This document shows, piece by piece, positions 34,710-47,001 of a DNA stretch of 64,000 nucleotides. The notes below the pieces were generated by a model. The model had not been told where the DNA came from and made no database searches. It saw nothing but the letters and a program-made list of their open reading frames with translations. A program made the position numbers and the translations under genes. This DNA is from Azolla caroliniana (Eukaryota > Plantae > Polypodiophyta): contig JBHGNT010000021.1 of NCBI GenBank assembly GCA_043228905.1, forward strand, positions 5,642,001 through 5,706,000. Reading direction: 5' to 3'. How positions within the stretch are numbered: position 1 is the first letter of the stretch; each line of letters begins with the position of its first letter.

Positions 34710-37700
34710 ATTGTCAAATAAGATATTGAGGTCTTTTGCATGGATCCCTAAACATGATCCTAAAATGATACATGGGTGGGAGTTTGATGGTGATAATTAC
34801 AACGGTCTTACAATAGGGAGGCCAATTGTGAGGATTAAGTGTGAGATGGAGAAATATATGAATATTGATCACACTCTACATGGATGGATGATATCATGTT
34901 ACTCTATTTCGTATCCTGTAGAACAAACGTAGTAATTGGCCATAGAAACGTTGCTCAATGTTTTCTTCATCATGAAGCTCAATACAAGCTAAATCCCCAA
35001 ACTCAAATAATCAAACATTTAGCATTTCAAATTGTCCTCATTAACTATATATGAAGTGCAATGGATGTTTTCTATCGTGATGCATAAAAGAGAAGTGTGT
35101 GGTCACCTAACACCCATTGAAGTGAATACAAACACAAGGGTAACATGCTTGCCGAGACCACAATATAGATCACTTTTTTTATGACTTCAAATTATTGAAA
35201 CCATTGAAAGAGCATATAAGCACCCCCCCCAATTTGTGGAGTATGAGTGATATTGTTATATGCCTAAAGGTGATACCTAACATGTAATCGACCTACCCCT
35301 TCTCACTCTTAATAAATTAACTAAGTCATATTTCTATATCCATAGTCAATAAAAAACAATAAATGCAATAAAAAATGTTAGGGTCTTATCTTATTTTTCC
35401 TCACTACCTACCCTAATTACATTTTGGACATAGTAGATTCTTCACCATATTGAATGATGATGCTAGAGATGTAATTTCATTCTAATTTGCATTTTGACCA
35501 AGTATTATTATCTATAATTTCTCTGATATTGACATTAGACAAGAACGTTTACTTTACGACCAGACCATTCTTTGTCCATCTATGTAAAATTCCATAAATT
35601 TAGTTAAAAGAAGACATGATGGTCAGTCACCTTGTTCCACCAATTTAGGGTAGTTAAGGTAGTTCGAAAATAATTTGAAGAGTAGTTCAAAGTAATTGAT
35701 AAATCCTTTTCTAGTAAAATGATATATACAAAATAAAATGGACACGATTTTATTGCCATTACCCAATTGATGTTCATTTATACAATTGTTCCCACAATTT
35801 GACGCACAAATAAGTAAACCTAGGCCACCCCAAGATTTCATTAGATCTTCTGTGAATTAAAAAAGGTGATAATTGAAGCTAACATAAAGTAAAATTAGAG
35901 TTTGGATGATCGAAGAAGATTAACTTATTATAAGGTTTTACTTTATATTGGGGGATTTATTTTGGACTTCAAATAGGCATTCTACTCTTCCACATGCATG
36001 TTTATAAGTTATAAGTTATAACCATACATCAACCGACCAGTTTAAAGGTACTAGCCATTCTTTTAAACAATTGAGCTATCCACATCTATTCTATATACAT
36101 ATGGTGCCATATAATGATTTGCATTCATAACATAGAACTATGTTGTGTGCTCCATATCCACAACCAACTCAAAATTATTTTCATACAAAAATTCCGGTTT
36201 TCAATCAAATGCAAAACACATGAGACTTTAAGAAACTAAACTAAATCTTTCTCTCTACATCACTGTTATCTCTACATAGATCAAAATCATGAACAAGCAA
36301 AGTATTATTAACTACAATGGTTACACTTCACTTTAGTCATATATAGGCTGATGACTTCGCCCAAAACGAAGACATCAAGTCATCATTTATGCCATCCTAA
36401 ATCAATTTTAGCCCCTTCTTTGTTGGGATTTTTTTTTTTCTAGGTTCTTGTTTGGATATTATTATGAAAATATAACACTACGATGCAAACTTTCTAAGGG
36501 TAAAGAGTTCCTTGATCCATAGTTTCACAATCTCCATTTGATTTATTGCAATACTTCCTCCTAATATTTTTGAAACTTGGAACTCAATAGATAGATATTA
36601 TGGGTTTCATGATTGGATGTTAAACAAACACAATGTTGTTATTTTAAAGGACCAAATCAAAACACGTTAAGTGTATAGGTTGCTACATCATTGTGGTTTC
36701 GAGAACATGTGAATGCTTTGCTGCAAATACAAAAATCACAATGCTAGAAAATTAGAGTTACAAGTATATAGAGTTTCATTCTTCCACATAAACAAAAGAA
36801 TATCCACATAAGCTTATTGCGTGTGCTTCTCACTAGGGGTAAATCTTCAAAAGAGGTAGTTGGCTATTTCACATTGTGAACGATGTGGTGTACAATCATT
36901 TTGGACCTACTCACTCCACAAGGCAAAGGATTGGGAAAAACTTTGAGTTGTTTGAGCTAATTTTGTGGCCTATCAAGCAATGCCTATTTCCTCTAGCAAA
37001 CAAGATGTTGGATGCTTAGGATCATCACAGTGCATGACCATAGGGTCGTTTTTTGAGCCCAAATATTAGAAGCTAGCTTCTTCAAGTAATTCCTTGGCAT
37101 TCCACTTCAAACTTACTTTACTTCGAGTGCTTCTAAGCACTTTGTTGTTTGATAGACATTTAGTACTCTTCCCTTTATTCTTTGTGGGTTTTCATCCCAC
37201 ATTAAGTCTCCCCACAAGTAAAACGATGGTTACCCACTTATACTTTTTTTGCTCCTTTTCTCTTGTAACACTCATATAGAAAGAATGTTATAATTTATCT
37301 TTATCTAATGGTTTCTTTAGGCTCACACCTTTGATGAGATCTTATAAAGCTCCCAAACCTAAGTACGGTAAAACAATAATGGAATACCTATATCTTTTTC
37401 TCTCTTTGTTGATTTCCTGGTTCACACTTCCTATGATGACTTATAAACCACCCCAAGATGAGGTAACAAGGTTGCTTTTCTATATGTATGTCTAAGAAAT
37501 AAAAAGAGAGTGGTCTCAAGTGTTCCAAATATTAAGTTGGCACTCTCACATGCTAGGTCTCAACATGTTTATTATTACTCAACCCCCTTTATGGATTTAT
37601 TGCACATCTTTATGTGTCCTCATTTTCATGCATGTGTCTTTCGGTTTTGCCTACTTTGTCAAGCCCTACGCACATTTTTGCTCTCTATGTTCATCTTAGC

Positions 37701-38399
37701 TTATGCACCTTGACAATAGTGTTCTAATATTCGTCCTTTTACTAATGTTGTTTAGCATATGAAAGTTCAACATTTGTTCATATTAGTCTCACTTTATTTT
37801 CCACAATGCGTCACTACAATCATTACACACTATTAAACTTGACTCTTATGTTAGTTGAGAGAAAACATGCTTGTACAAATACAAGAGTTCATTGGATATG
37901 TTTCATCTTTAGTCTCAATAATGCATGTGTATATCTTTCATATCCGTATCACATTATCTCTCTAATAGAAAAGCTAGGTTGTATGATTTGTGATCCTAAA
38001 AATAAAGCTTTCTAAATTTGATAATTTTAAACAATTAAACTATACGTTTTACAAAAAATGAAAATTTGTATTTGAACAAAGGTGGAATAATACTACATTT
38101 CAAATTATGACATAGAAAGGGATAAACCGTAGCATAGATCCATGGGTGTGATTCTGTCTTTCGGAGAAAGATGGTTTTGTAGTTTGGTGCAATATAAGTA
38201 AATTAATGTGTGGCAAATGTGAGCCTCAACACCTTTCCCAAGTCGTGACACATTGGCGTTTAAAAAAAGCCCATAGTCATGATCTCTTTTTCTCTTTTAA
38301 GTGGTTCAAAACATCCGTAATTAGAGGGAACCTTGAGCCCAAGGTATTTGAAGCTTTCTATGGTTTCAAATACACAATGCATATTTTATCCTTATTTTG

Positions 38400-38449
<50 letters not shown>

Positions 38450-38982
38450 AATTTTAGATACACATTTTTAGCATCCATAAAGAGGCCAATATTGACCCAT
38501 AGAACCTGAGTACAAAAGTTATCTTGATGTGTGTATCCTTCCTAAGAAGGGATATTCATACTTTGAAGGACTAAGTCTAGATGTGTGAATAAGGCATACT
38601 GCATATGAGCTCAACCTTCTAAGTTTTCTCTTTAGTGTGACACTCAAGTCATCACCTCCTCTTAGTATATTATCAAAGCTTTCACAAATTGCATTATATG
38701 CAAAGCATGTAAAATGCAAATGATACTCATCCTCTACTAGCCTTTCCTTGCATACCTTACATGTCTTTATATTTGATTGATTTTGGTTCCTTATTGCAAC
38801 TTAATGATAGGGCTCTATGAGAGTTAATACTTATGTTAGTAATGAGGTAAGATTTAATATGATGAATAGGCCTTCTTGCCTTCTATAAAACCCAACACCT
38901 AGGATTGATGTTTCCAAGTAATATTCTAAATTTGTCCTTTTAGCATATTTCCACTTCTTCCTTATTCGGTTCATTAATATTT

Positions 38983-39037
<55 letters not shown>

Positions 39038-39040
<3 letters not shown>

Positions 39041-39125
39041 TGTAGCTTACTCGGTAAGCTCACTTAATGAAGACCAAGAGGTGGTGCATTCAACCCCTAC
39101 ATTCCATAGTGATACCTAGAAAAAC

Positions 39126-39178
<53 letters not shown>

Positions 39179-39274
39179 CAAGATGAATGTAGCTTACTCG
39201 ATAAGCTCACTTAACGAAGACCAATAGGTGGTGCATTCAACCCCTACATTCCATAGTGATACCTAGAAAAACAT

Positions 39275-39312
<38 letters not shown>

Positions 39313-39410
39313 AAGATGGATGTAGCTTACTCGGTAAGCTCGCTTAACGAAGACCAACAGGTGGTGCATTAAACCCCTACATTCCATAGTGATACCTAGA
39401 AAAATATTAT
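39038..39410 (+). repeat. Tandem trimer of a tRNA-derived (SINE-like) unit separated by (AC)n
   Basis: GGATGTAGCTTACTCGGTAAGCTCACTTAA(T/C)GAAGACCAA.AGGTGGTGCATTCAACCCCTACATTCCATAGTGATACCTAGAAAAA occurs three times with small variants. Confidence 0.8.
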
Positions 39411-39988
39411 ATAAAAAAGGTGTAATAGTCAAGGCCTTAGAGTTGGTCGTCTAACAATTTAGCACTAGGAAAAGGTACCTACAAAAAAAAGGTCCATGAG
39501 GGTTTGTTAAGTTATTTTGAGAATTGAAGTACAACCGGATATAATTTTGTTTCACCTTACTATTGTTTTCAATAACAAGAAGTAGAGTTAGAAGAGATTA
39601 TAAAAGCATGATTTTGGTCTTTTTTTCCAAAAAAGAATATCCCTTCATTAGTTAAGAAAAACTATATTGGGTACAACCTAGAGAGTACATGGAAAGGAAA
39701 CCAAAAGACTTCCAAAACCATCATGTGAAAGTCAATGACCAACCATAGATCATTCCCTTAAGGAGATGACTCTATATACAACCAAAATTGTAGAAAACAA
39801 TCAACAATGGGAAGACAACTTCTAGACCATCCTACAATCTACTTGGAATGCAACTCCAAAGCTTTCCAAAAGCTATTTGTAGTAACAATCCATGATTTGT
39901 ATGTGTAGAGATACTACCATTTTCAACTTTTAAAGCATTCACCAATTTGATCAAATGAAAACAATGGTTTTTTCCACCGATGTCATGA

Positions 39989-40331
39989 TGTGGCGTGGCC
40001 AAAGAAGGAAAACGAGGAAAAGGGCATTTTATTCTCCTTGCTTTCTGAGACAAGGGAATATATATTGTCAATGGATTTAATGCCGAGACAAGCGGCTATT
40101 TTCCTCTATAAAAAGGGGAGAAGAAGGCTTATTTCGGGTCAACCATTCTGGATTTTAGAGGTAGACCATTAGGGTTTTGGGGTTTCATCTTATTCTCTTT
40201 TAATTTCTAGGGTTTGGGGAGGGCACCATTTAAGTTTTGAGCTTTGAGGGTTTCTACTTCTACTCCATTTATCCTCACCATACACACAAACTTAGGGTTT
40301 GGCTTCTTGGCTATTTTGGGGTTTCCTTGGT

Positions 40332-40406
<75 letters not shown>

Positions 40407-41062
40407 AGGAAGCCGAAATGCAAAGAACAACCAAATGCCCTCGGATGTTGGGCTTCAAAACAAGTCGACACGGAGTAGAAAGGATTAAGAAGATAAGGGA
40501 AGATAAGGTTCGTGGTGAAGAGATAAAGACCGGTGTTTTTGAACCTAGGGTTCGTGCTTCCCCGTTCACTGTTTTGAGTCCGAGTGCTCGCCGTTTGGGT
40601 GGTTCGTTCGTTCGCCGTTCGAGTGGTGTGAGGTTTGTAGTTTTGGTGCGATCGGCTTAAAATTTGTGCTATATGGTTCTTAGGTTGTGTGGTGTGCGGT
40701 GGTGTGCTCGTGTCCCTGTTGTGTTCGAGGTTACGCTTGGAGTGGTCGTGCTTGGTGGTCGTTGTCATCATGAATTGTCATCTCCCTCCCTCTCTATTGT
40801 TCCACTCTTGTTTGTCTAGCATAGTTGAGTTTGGCCGCCGCCGTCATAAGTCCATTGTGGCTTTGAGCCTTGTATAACGAAATTGTTTTGGCATATATTG
40901 TGGGCTCTAGATCTTGGCTCCTTTCGTTCTCGTCGTGTCAAATGTCTTGCCTTCCATTTTGTGTTTGGAAGCATTCTCGTCAGAGTCCAAGAGTCATTAA
41001 GCCTGTAGTGTTTTGTGTTTGTGCGGGAATTATTGAGTTGACGAGGATCGAAAAAGACCAAC
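39989..41062 (+). mobile_element. Probable LTR sequence interrupting a minus-strand L1 remnant
   Basis: TATA CTCTATAAAAAGG near 40103, (CA)n(CT)n, GC-rich U5-like region; L1-like peptides flank both sides; TSD not found. Confidence 0.45.
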
Positions 41063-41191
41063 ACTATTTGACCTTGAAATGTCTACACACACCTACCTTT
41101 CCACTAAGATCGACCAATCAATCCCACAACTCCTTTAATTGCAAAATAACATTCAAGCCAACATTACATCTTGCAAGAATGCTACATCCAA

Positions 41192-41650
41192 TGTTAGAGC
41201 TTAGATCTAAAGTAAGCATATGATAAAGATAACAAAGATAGATTGATAAGAAAGGAGAGAGAAAGAAGGGTGGGTGCCAATCCACCCGACCACTGTCGAG
41301 CGAAGGGATTGAGATGGACTCAATCCTCGATTGGCGTCCCATACCACCGTCGTGGCGTCGAGTCGTACCTGGTCCTGGCGCGCTCACTACAAGAGTTGAC
41401 CCACCACAAGAACGGAGTCTCGACATAGTCAAGAGATCATCAAATGAGGGTAGCTAGGCCTCATATTTATACCCAGACCTAAGGGCCCCATGCAAGTTCA
41501 CACTTAGCCTAATGGGTTGTCTCAATGCCGAGGATTAAAAGTAATCCTCCCCTTCTTTACACTCTCGTTTAACCCTCACACTTTATGCACGTGTATAGGA
41601 TACTACGGTACATTCTCACCACAGGATATTATATGGTCATGCCCGTAACA
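41192..41650 (-). mobile_element. Solo LTR related to the 57817-58274 LTR
   Basis: TGTTA...TAACA ends; TSD TCCAA/TCTAA (1 mismatch); shares CCACCCGACCAC and ATGAGGGTAGCTA.GCCTCATATTTATAC. Confidence 0.75.
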
Positions 41651-41774
41651 TCTAATGTGTTAATTTTAAAAGTATGACTGGAATCCATCTTATATGAGGA
41701 AATGTAATTATGAATGGAACTCGAAACCACTTTACCTAATGAAACAAATAATGATTAAAAAGCTTTAATTATTT

Positions 41775-42270
41775 GAGCAATTGTCCTATTCCAAATTTGA
41801 CCCTAAAAGGTCAATAAATGGTTAGAAAACCCTTGATCAACCCAATAAGGCTGAAAATAGAATGCTTATGATTTTTATTGAGAATAATATATCTACCTAA
41901 CTTGATCAAGTATTGCAAACAATTAATCACTTTACTATCCAATGAAAATGGATCCTTCCAAACAAGTTCTCCAAGATCCCTTAATAACCATACCAAAGAC
42001 CACTTATCCCATAATAACTGCATGGAGTATCAACATGTCAACGAGAACTCTATACTGAACCAACAACCATTGAAATGTTCTAATTCTTTGAGAAATTGGC
42101 CTATTCCAAATATAAGCCCAAAAATTCCTCAATAAATGGTTAGAAATCACTTGAACATGCCAACAAGCCCCAAACTAGAATGCTTATAATTCTTATTGAG
42201 AATAATATGTCTACTTAACTTATTTATGTATTGAAAAAATTAATCACTTTACCATCCAATGCAAATGAAT
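41775..42270. repeat. Direct repeat of about 170 bp, period about 315 bp
   Basis: CCTATTCCAAAT...TCAATAAATGGTTAGAAA...TAGAATGCTTAT...TTAATCACTTTA occurs twice. Confidence 0.8.
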
Positions 42271-42639
42271 TCTTCTTGTCACAATTGAAGCTACAAAGAA
42301 GATGTCAATTTCGAAGAAAAGAAGGTAATAACAAAACAAGAAGACAAGAATTTGCATTACTCGGAGACCATGATGACAAAGGTGCGGAAGATTGGCATTG
42401 TCACGAAGTTTCGTTTGGCGGGACCATTGGGGTCTCAGACTAGGGAGTAAGAAAGGGTGGAGAAGACATGAGGTTTTCTTGCAGACGAATACTACGTGCT
42501 GGGCTAGGTCTCGTTGCCCCTTTTGTGGAGTTGATGGTTTTTGTTGACCACGACTCGCCGAGCTTTCGATCTCACTACATGAGTGAACGGATGGGCACAC
42601 AAAGAAAGACAAGCACACGACGCGAATGCACAAGAAAAG

Positions 42640-43620
42640 GGAGAGCACACATTCATGAAAGCTCAAATGCCCTTATGAGGAGACACAAAACAACCAAACG
42701 TACAAGGGACACACAAAAACATACATACGAATGTCCGAACGCCTTTATGAGGAGGAGAGGTGCATGGTTTCCCAAAATCATCCTTGTCATTGGACGACTA
42801 AACGTACAAGGAAGACACAAGAGTGTACACACGAATGTCCGAATGTTTTTATGAGGAGGAGAGGTACATGGTTTCCTGAAACTTTTCTCGTCACAAGATG
42901 ATCGAACGCACAAGGAAGACACACGACGGTACACACGACGAACGCCTTTATGAGGAGGAGAGGTACATGGTTTCCCGAAACCTTCCCTATCACAAGACAA
43001 CCAAAAGTGCAAGGGTGTCACGGACACACCAAGCGTGGACTAAGACGGAGCACAAATGATGGGGCAACGAGCGACGGATGAACTTGGAGCTAGACGTGAC
43101 AAGGCTAGGAACTCTAGATGTTGTGAGCGACATGAGGGCATGGAGACAGAAATAAAGATCAAGGAGACAAAGATGAGGCGAAACGAGAATACTAGATTGA
43201 TGTGTCAATGATTGGTGTTAAATCCCTTAAAAGGGACCAAGGAGGTTACAAGTATTTATACAAGTTCTGAGATTGATTATCTCTAGAATATACCTGACAA
43301 ATATCTCTAGAATATACCCGTCTAGAATACACCATAGAATATTTCTAGAGTACACTAAAGGCTCTAGAATATTCTGGAATGTATATATGCTAGAATATAC
43401 AATACTCTATTATATATAAATGGATACTCATATTCAAATGGTTGAGCATGATGTCTTATAGATGTGAGGTTGTAGGTTCAATCCTCACTAACTACGTACT
43501 TGACGTCACTATGTTGTGACAAAGGGAGAAACAAAAAAGTACACGCAAATGTCTAATTTTCCTTTATGAGGGGGAGAGGTGCATGGTTTCTCGAAACCTT
43601 CCCCGTCATAAGAGACGACC
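42640..43620. repeat. Tandem array of about 100-110-bp units (TTTATGAGGAGGAGAGGT.CATGGTTTCC..AAACCTT), interrupted by a solo LTR
   Basis: Four to five copies visible; array resumes after 43521. Confidence 0.8.
43016..43521 (-). mobile_element. Solo LTR related to the 1328-1753 family, containing a tRNA-like segment
   Basis: TGTCAC...GTGACA; 5-bp TSD AAGGG; shares GACTAAGACGGAGCAC and GGCGAAACGAGAATA.TAGATTGAT; internal CTAGAATA repeats. Confidence 0.9.
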
Positions 43621-43776
43621 GAACGTACGATGGAGGCACAAACACACAATTTTATTATAAGGCTTAAGACCCACAACATGATTACAACGAAATGTGCATG
43701 GCATAAAACTCGAGCTCAAGCATGAGTGACGGGAGTAAAGAAAATGGAGAAGTTTTGTAGTAGGGAAAGAAGAAGA

Positions 43777-45060
43777 TATAACAGAACGATCACGTCCACC
43801 GAACGCAAGCACACCAACACGACAACCAAGTAAAGGAAAGCATCGAGCACCAGTCACGATACCGACCCGACGAGCCCAAACGATGAAATCGGCGAGCATG
43901 ACCACACAGACGTGGGAGCATGAGCACTCAAACACCAAGAAGACGCGGACAACGAGCATCACAAACTCGCAAGCACACGGGCACGAACACCAACATGAAG
44001 AAGACGAGCACCGTGACGAAGGCCAAAATGGTGAAGAAGCCAAAAGGAGCCCCTCCTTTTATAGAAAAACAAGGGGAGGGGGCAACACATTTTGCCTTCA
44101 ATGCAGCCTTTCTCAATTTTTAAAGTGAGAAAAAGATATTATTGAAAGCAACCATTCTAGATTCGAACTCTAAACCCTTATAATATAATTGAAAAGCTCT
44201 ATCCAATTGGCCATTCAATTTTATATAATTTAGGTTATATCTCTTATCTCACTCCTTTTCCCTTTTTCCCCATGTGCAATATACTCTCTCTTTTGCTTTT
44301 TCTTCCTTGGTGCCTATCTCCCTCCTCTATCTACGTTTTTGCTCGATGCCTACACTTTATCCTTTTACCCTCGTTCATGTGTACTTCTCGCACTTGGCAC
44401 ACCACATCACCACATCACCACAACATTGAACTGGAATGGTTCAACACTAAGCAGATCCTCCATTTTTATAGCATATATAGGATCATGCATGATTGCCACT
44501 TGGCATACATGCACGCATGCCGTTTGGTTAGAGTGTAAGACTATTGTTTAAAGGTTATAGAATCAAATGATATTAACATTTGGCGACATCATCCCCTACT
44601 TTGGTGACAAGTTCCACGAGTAACAATGCATGAATTAAGATTTAATTTATTGGGATAGAGGAGACGAAACTCCTCTATAAGTTCAAGGGCATTAGCAATG
44701 TTCTCTACAAGTTCCCAGATTTGATTATTGGGCATATATCTAAGCCAATCTACCAAGTAATATAATTTCTTCCTCACATTTTGGTCCTTCAACAAGTTGA
44801 ACTAGAGGTTATGGTGGAACAACCCGATTTGGGACAGAACTTGATGTCCATGGCTTTGACAGTGAAAATGAAATATTGCATGATGACGTATATGTGAAGG
44901 TAGGTCCAAATGAAATGCAATGTCGTTGACTTGATTAGGGATTACAAATGGACCTAGACATTGGAAATCCAATTTGTCACATGGTCTAGTAGTTTTCACA
45001 TTACAACGTAATAGCTATACATCATCACCAACTTGAAACTTAGGTTTCTTGGAACATGTT
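43777..45060 (-). mobile_element. Tcn1-like chromovirus 3' end: integrase GPF region, chromodomain, PPT, 3' LTR (44588 to about 43777)
   Basis: KTTRPCDKLDFQCLGPF; YYLVDWLRY...WELVENIANALELIEEF chromodomain; minus-strand AGTAGGGGATGA before TGTCGCC. Confidence 0.85.
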
Positions 45061-45369
45061 TGCGTTCACAAGTGGAAGGATCGTGCATTTCAATTATAGA
45101 TTCCTTTTATAATCTTGCGATTTTAGGCAATTTTCAGAAACTTGATACACCAGTATCACATGTTTTAAATAACATGTAAAATTTACTAATTTTTTGAGAT
45201 TTAACAATTTCAAAATGACAATTTCTAAAATTGAATAGTTTTTAATAAATGTTTAAACATTGATGGTGGATGCAGATATGAACTGTAGTTAACTTAAATA
45301 AAATCACAATGGTTAACTCAAGGCACAAGTTAAGATAAAAAAGTATAGAATGTTGGCAACGGTTTATGT

Positions 45370-46640
45370 CACTGCCACTACAAGATCAAGCCAACATACT
45401 CCATGGAATCAGGGGCGGATGGACTATGAGATTGGAAATCATTAATGCTCTATTGATTAGGGAAACTGCTACTCAAAGGATGACAGTGGAGAAATGGATA
45501 GGCCACGAGGAGGAGGGATCTCTGATCCCGAGAGGTAGGGGAACACTAGACAGGATCGAAGGCTCTGAATTGTGAGACATTGAGACACCAACACAGAATA
45601 ATGCAATTCGAGTACTCGCGTGTACTCGTCATAAATGGATTGTAGATCTTAATCCGATCAAAAGCCGATTGGCACACATGTACTCATGAAAACACATGGC
45701 TACGTAAGGTCAGTTGGGACCCTTTGCAATGGACATGGCGTGATCCCTACGCGGGGCAAGGAAGCAAACCCATCCCTTTCTTCCAATTCACAACTAGATT
45801 GGGTCACCACATTCTAGCTGCTCAAACCACCCGAGAGCCGGCTGCTGCAAAGGTCCGGCACACAATTCAAGTTCCTCCCACAATTATCACCAAGTTTTGG
45901 TAGAAAATCTGGAAACAACAACACGCGAGGCGAATTACCACGTTCCAATGGCTATTAATACATAAGTCCCTACCGGTGGGAGCATGGCAACGTGGGAACC
46001 TTTGCTCTCCTAATTGTGTAGAGTGCCCAAATGCAGTAGAATCAATACGACACGCTTTGTGGGACTACCCAACGTCCCATCGAATATGGCGGGGGGTTGG
46101 CCGCTTGTTGCAATTATGCTAGGTGCAAGGCTCAATCAAGTGGTAAAATATATGTTAGCTATCATGGCAGACCCTAGTTGACAGATACGAGCATCAGGAG
46201 GAGGGGATGACTTCGGTGATAAAAGCACAAGAGGTTTTTTTCTCCACCAGCGGCAATGTCCACTCAACTCCTCTTAATGACAAATCTTAAGTTGTGTTGG
46301 AATTGGTCAGCCCAATAACTCTTTGGATTCTATGGAAACAACGGTGTAGACAGGTCTTCTCCAACCAAACTGCGCATCCAACAAGGTTACTGCAAGAGAT
46401 ATGGAGTGAAATTGTAGCCACTCTAAAGAGCCAATATGATGGCCTCAAGTGCGGCTCCTATGGAGTTGAAAGACAACGAATAGCCTTCATCCAACAATGG
46501 TCGTCCTCTCCCTTTCTTGAGTCAGTGGGCATCCACATAAGATGGAACTATCGTGTCCCTACAGGGATTTGTACATAATCGTCTCATTTGTAAAATTTAA
46601 TAACTAATGGAAGTAGTTTTCTTTTGGATAGAAAAAGAAA
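45370..46640 (+). pseudogene. 5'-truncated L1 LINE (zf-RVT / C-terminal ORF2)
   Basis: CVECPNAVESIRHALWD, ITLWILWKQRCRQVF; A-rich tail near 46630. Confidence 0.8.
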
Positions 46641-47001
46641 AGATTAATGGTTTCACCATCTTGAGGAGATGTAGGTTCCAGAAGTGGAAGTTACATCTAC
46701 TGTTAGACTTGAAAATGTTTTAAGTATAAGAGGTAACATTGTAATCCTTAATGCCATCATCTATAAATTTAGTGTTCATTGACATCCATAAATTCACAAC
46801 TCAAGAAATGTATACAATATTCATAAACAATTTTGATAAATCCATAACTCCTAAAATATAGATGATATTCATAATCTGTCAAAACTGCCAAACTTAGATG
46901 TAAACATTAATATATCAATTTGAACATATCACATAGTTATCAAGGTGTCCACAATGCTCTCCTCTTCTTCATTTTGAGAACTCCCCTACAAAATTTGTGA
47001 A

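Noticed and set aside
31900-38900. Additional host gene in the long intergenic stretch
   Set aside because: No ORF with recognisable motifs or consistent exon chain seen; small exons cannot be excluded
39038-39106. Functional tRNA-Phe gene
   Set aside because: Anticodon stem and T stem do not pair properly, the B-box lacks GGTTC and there is no poly-T terminator; treated as a tRNA-derived repeat
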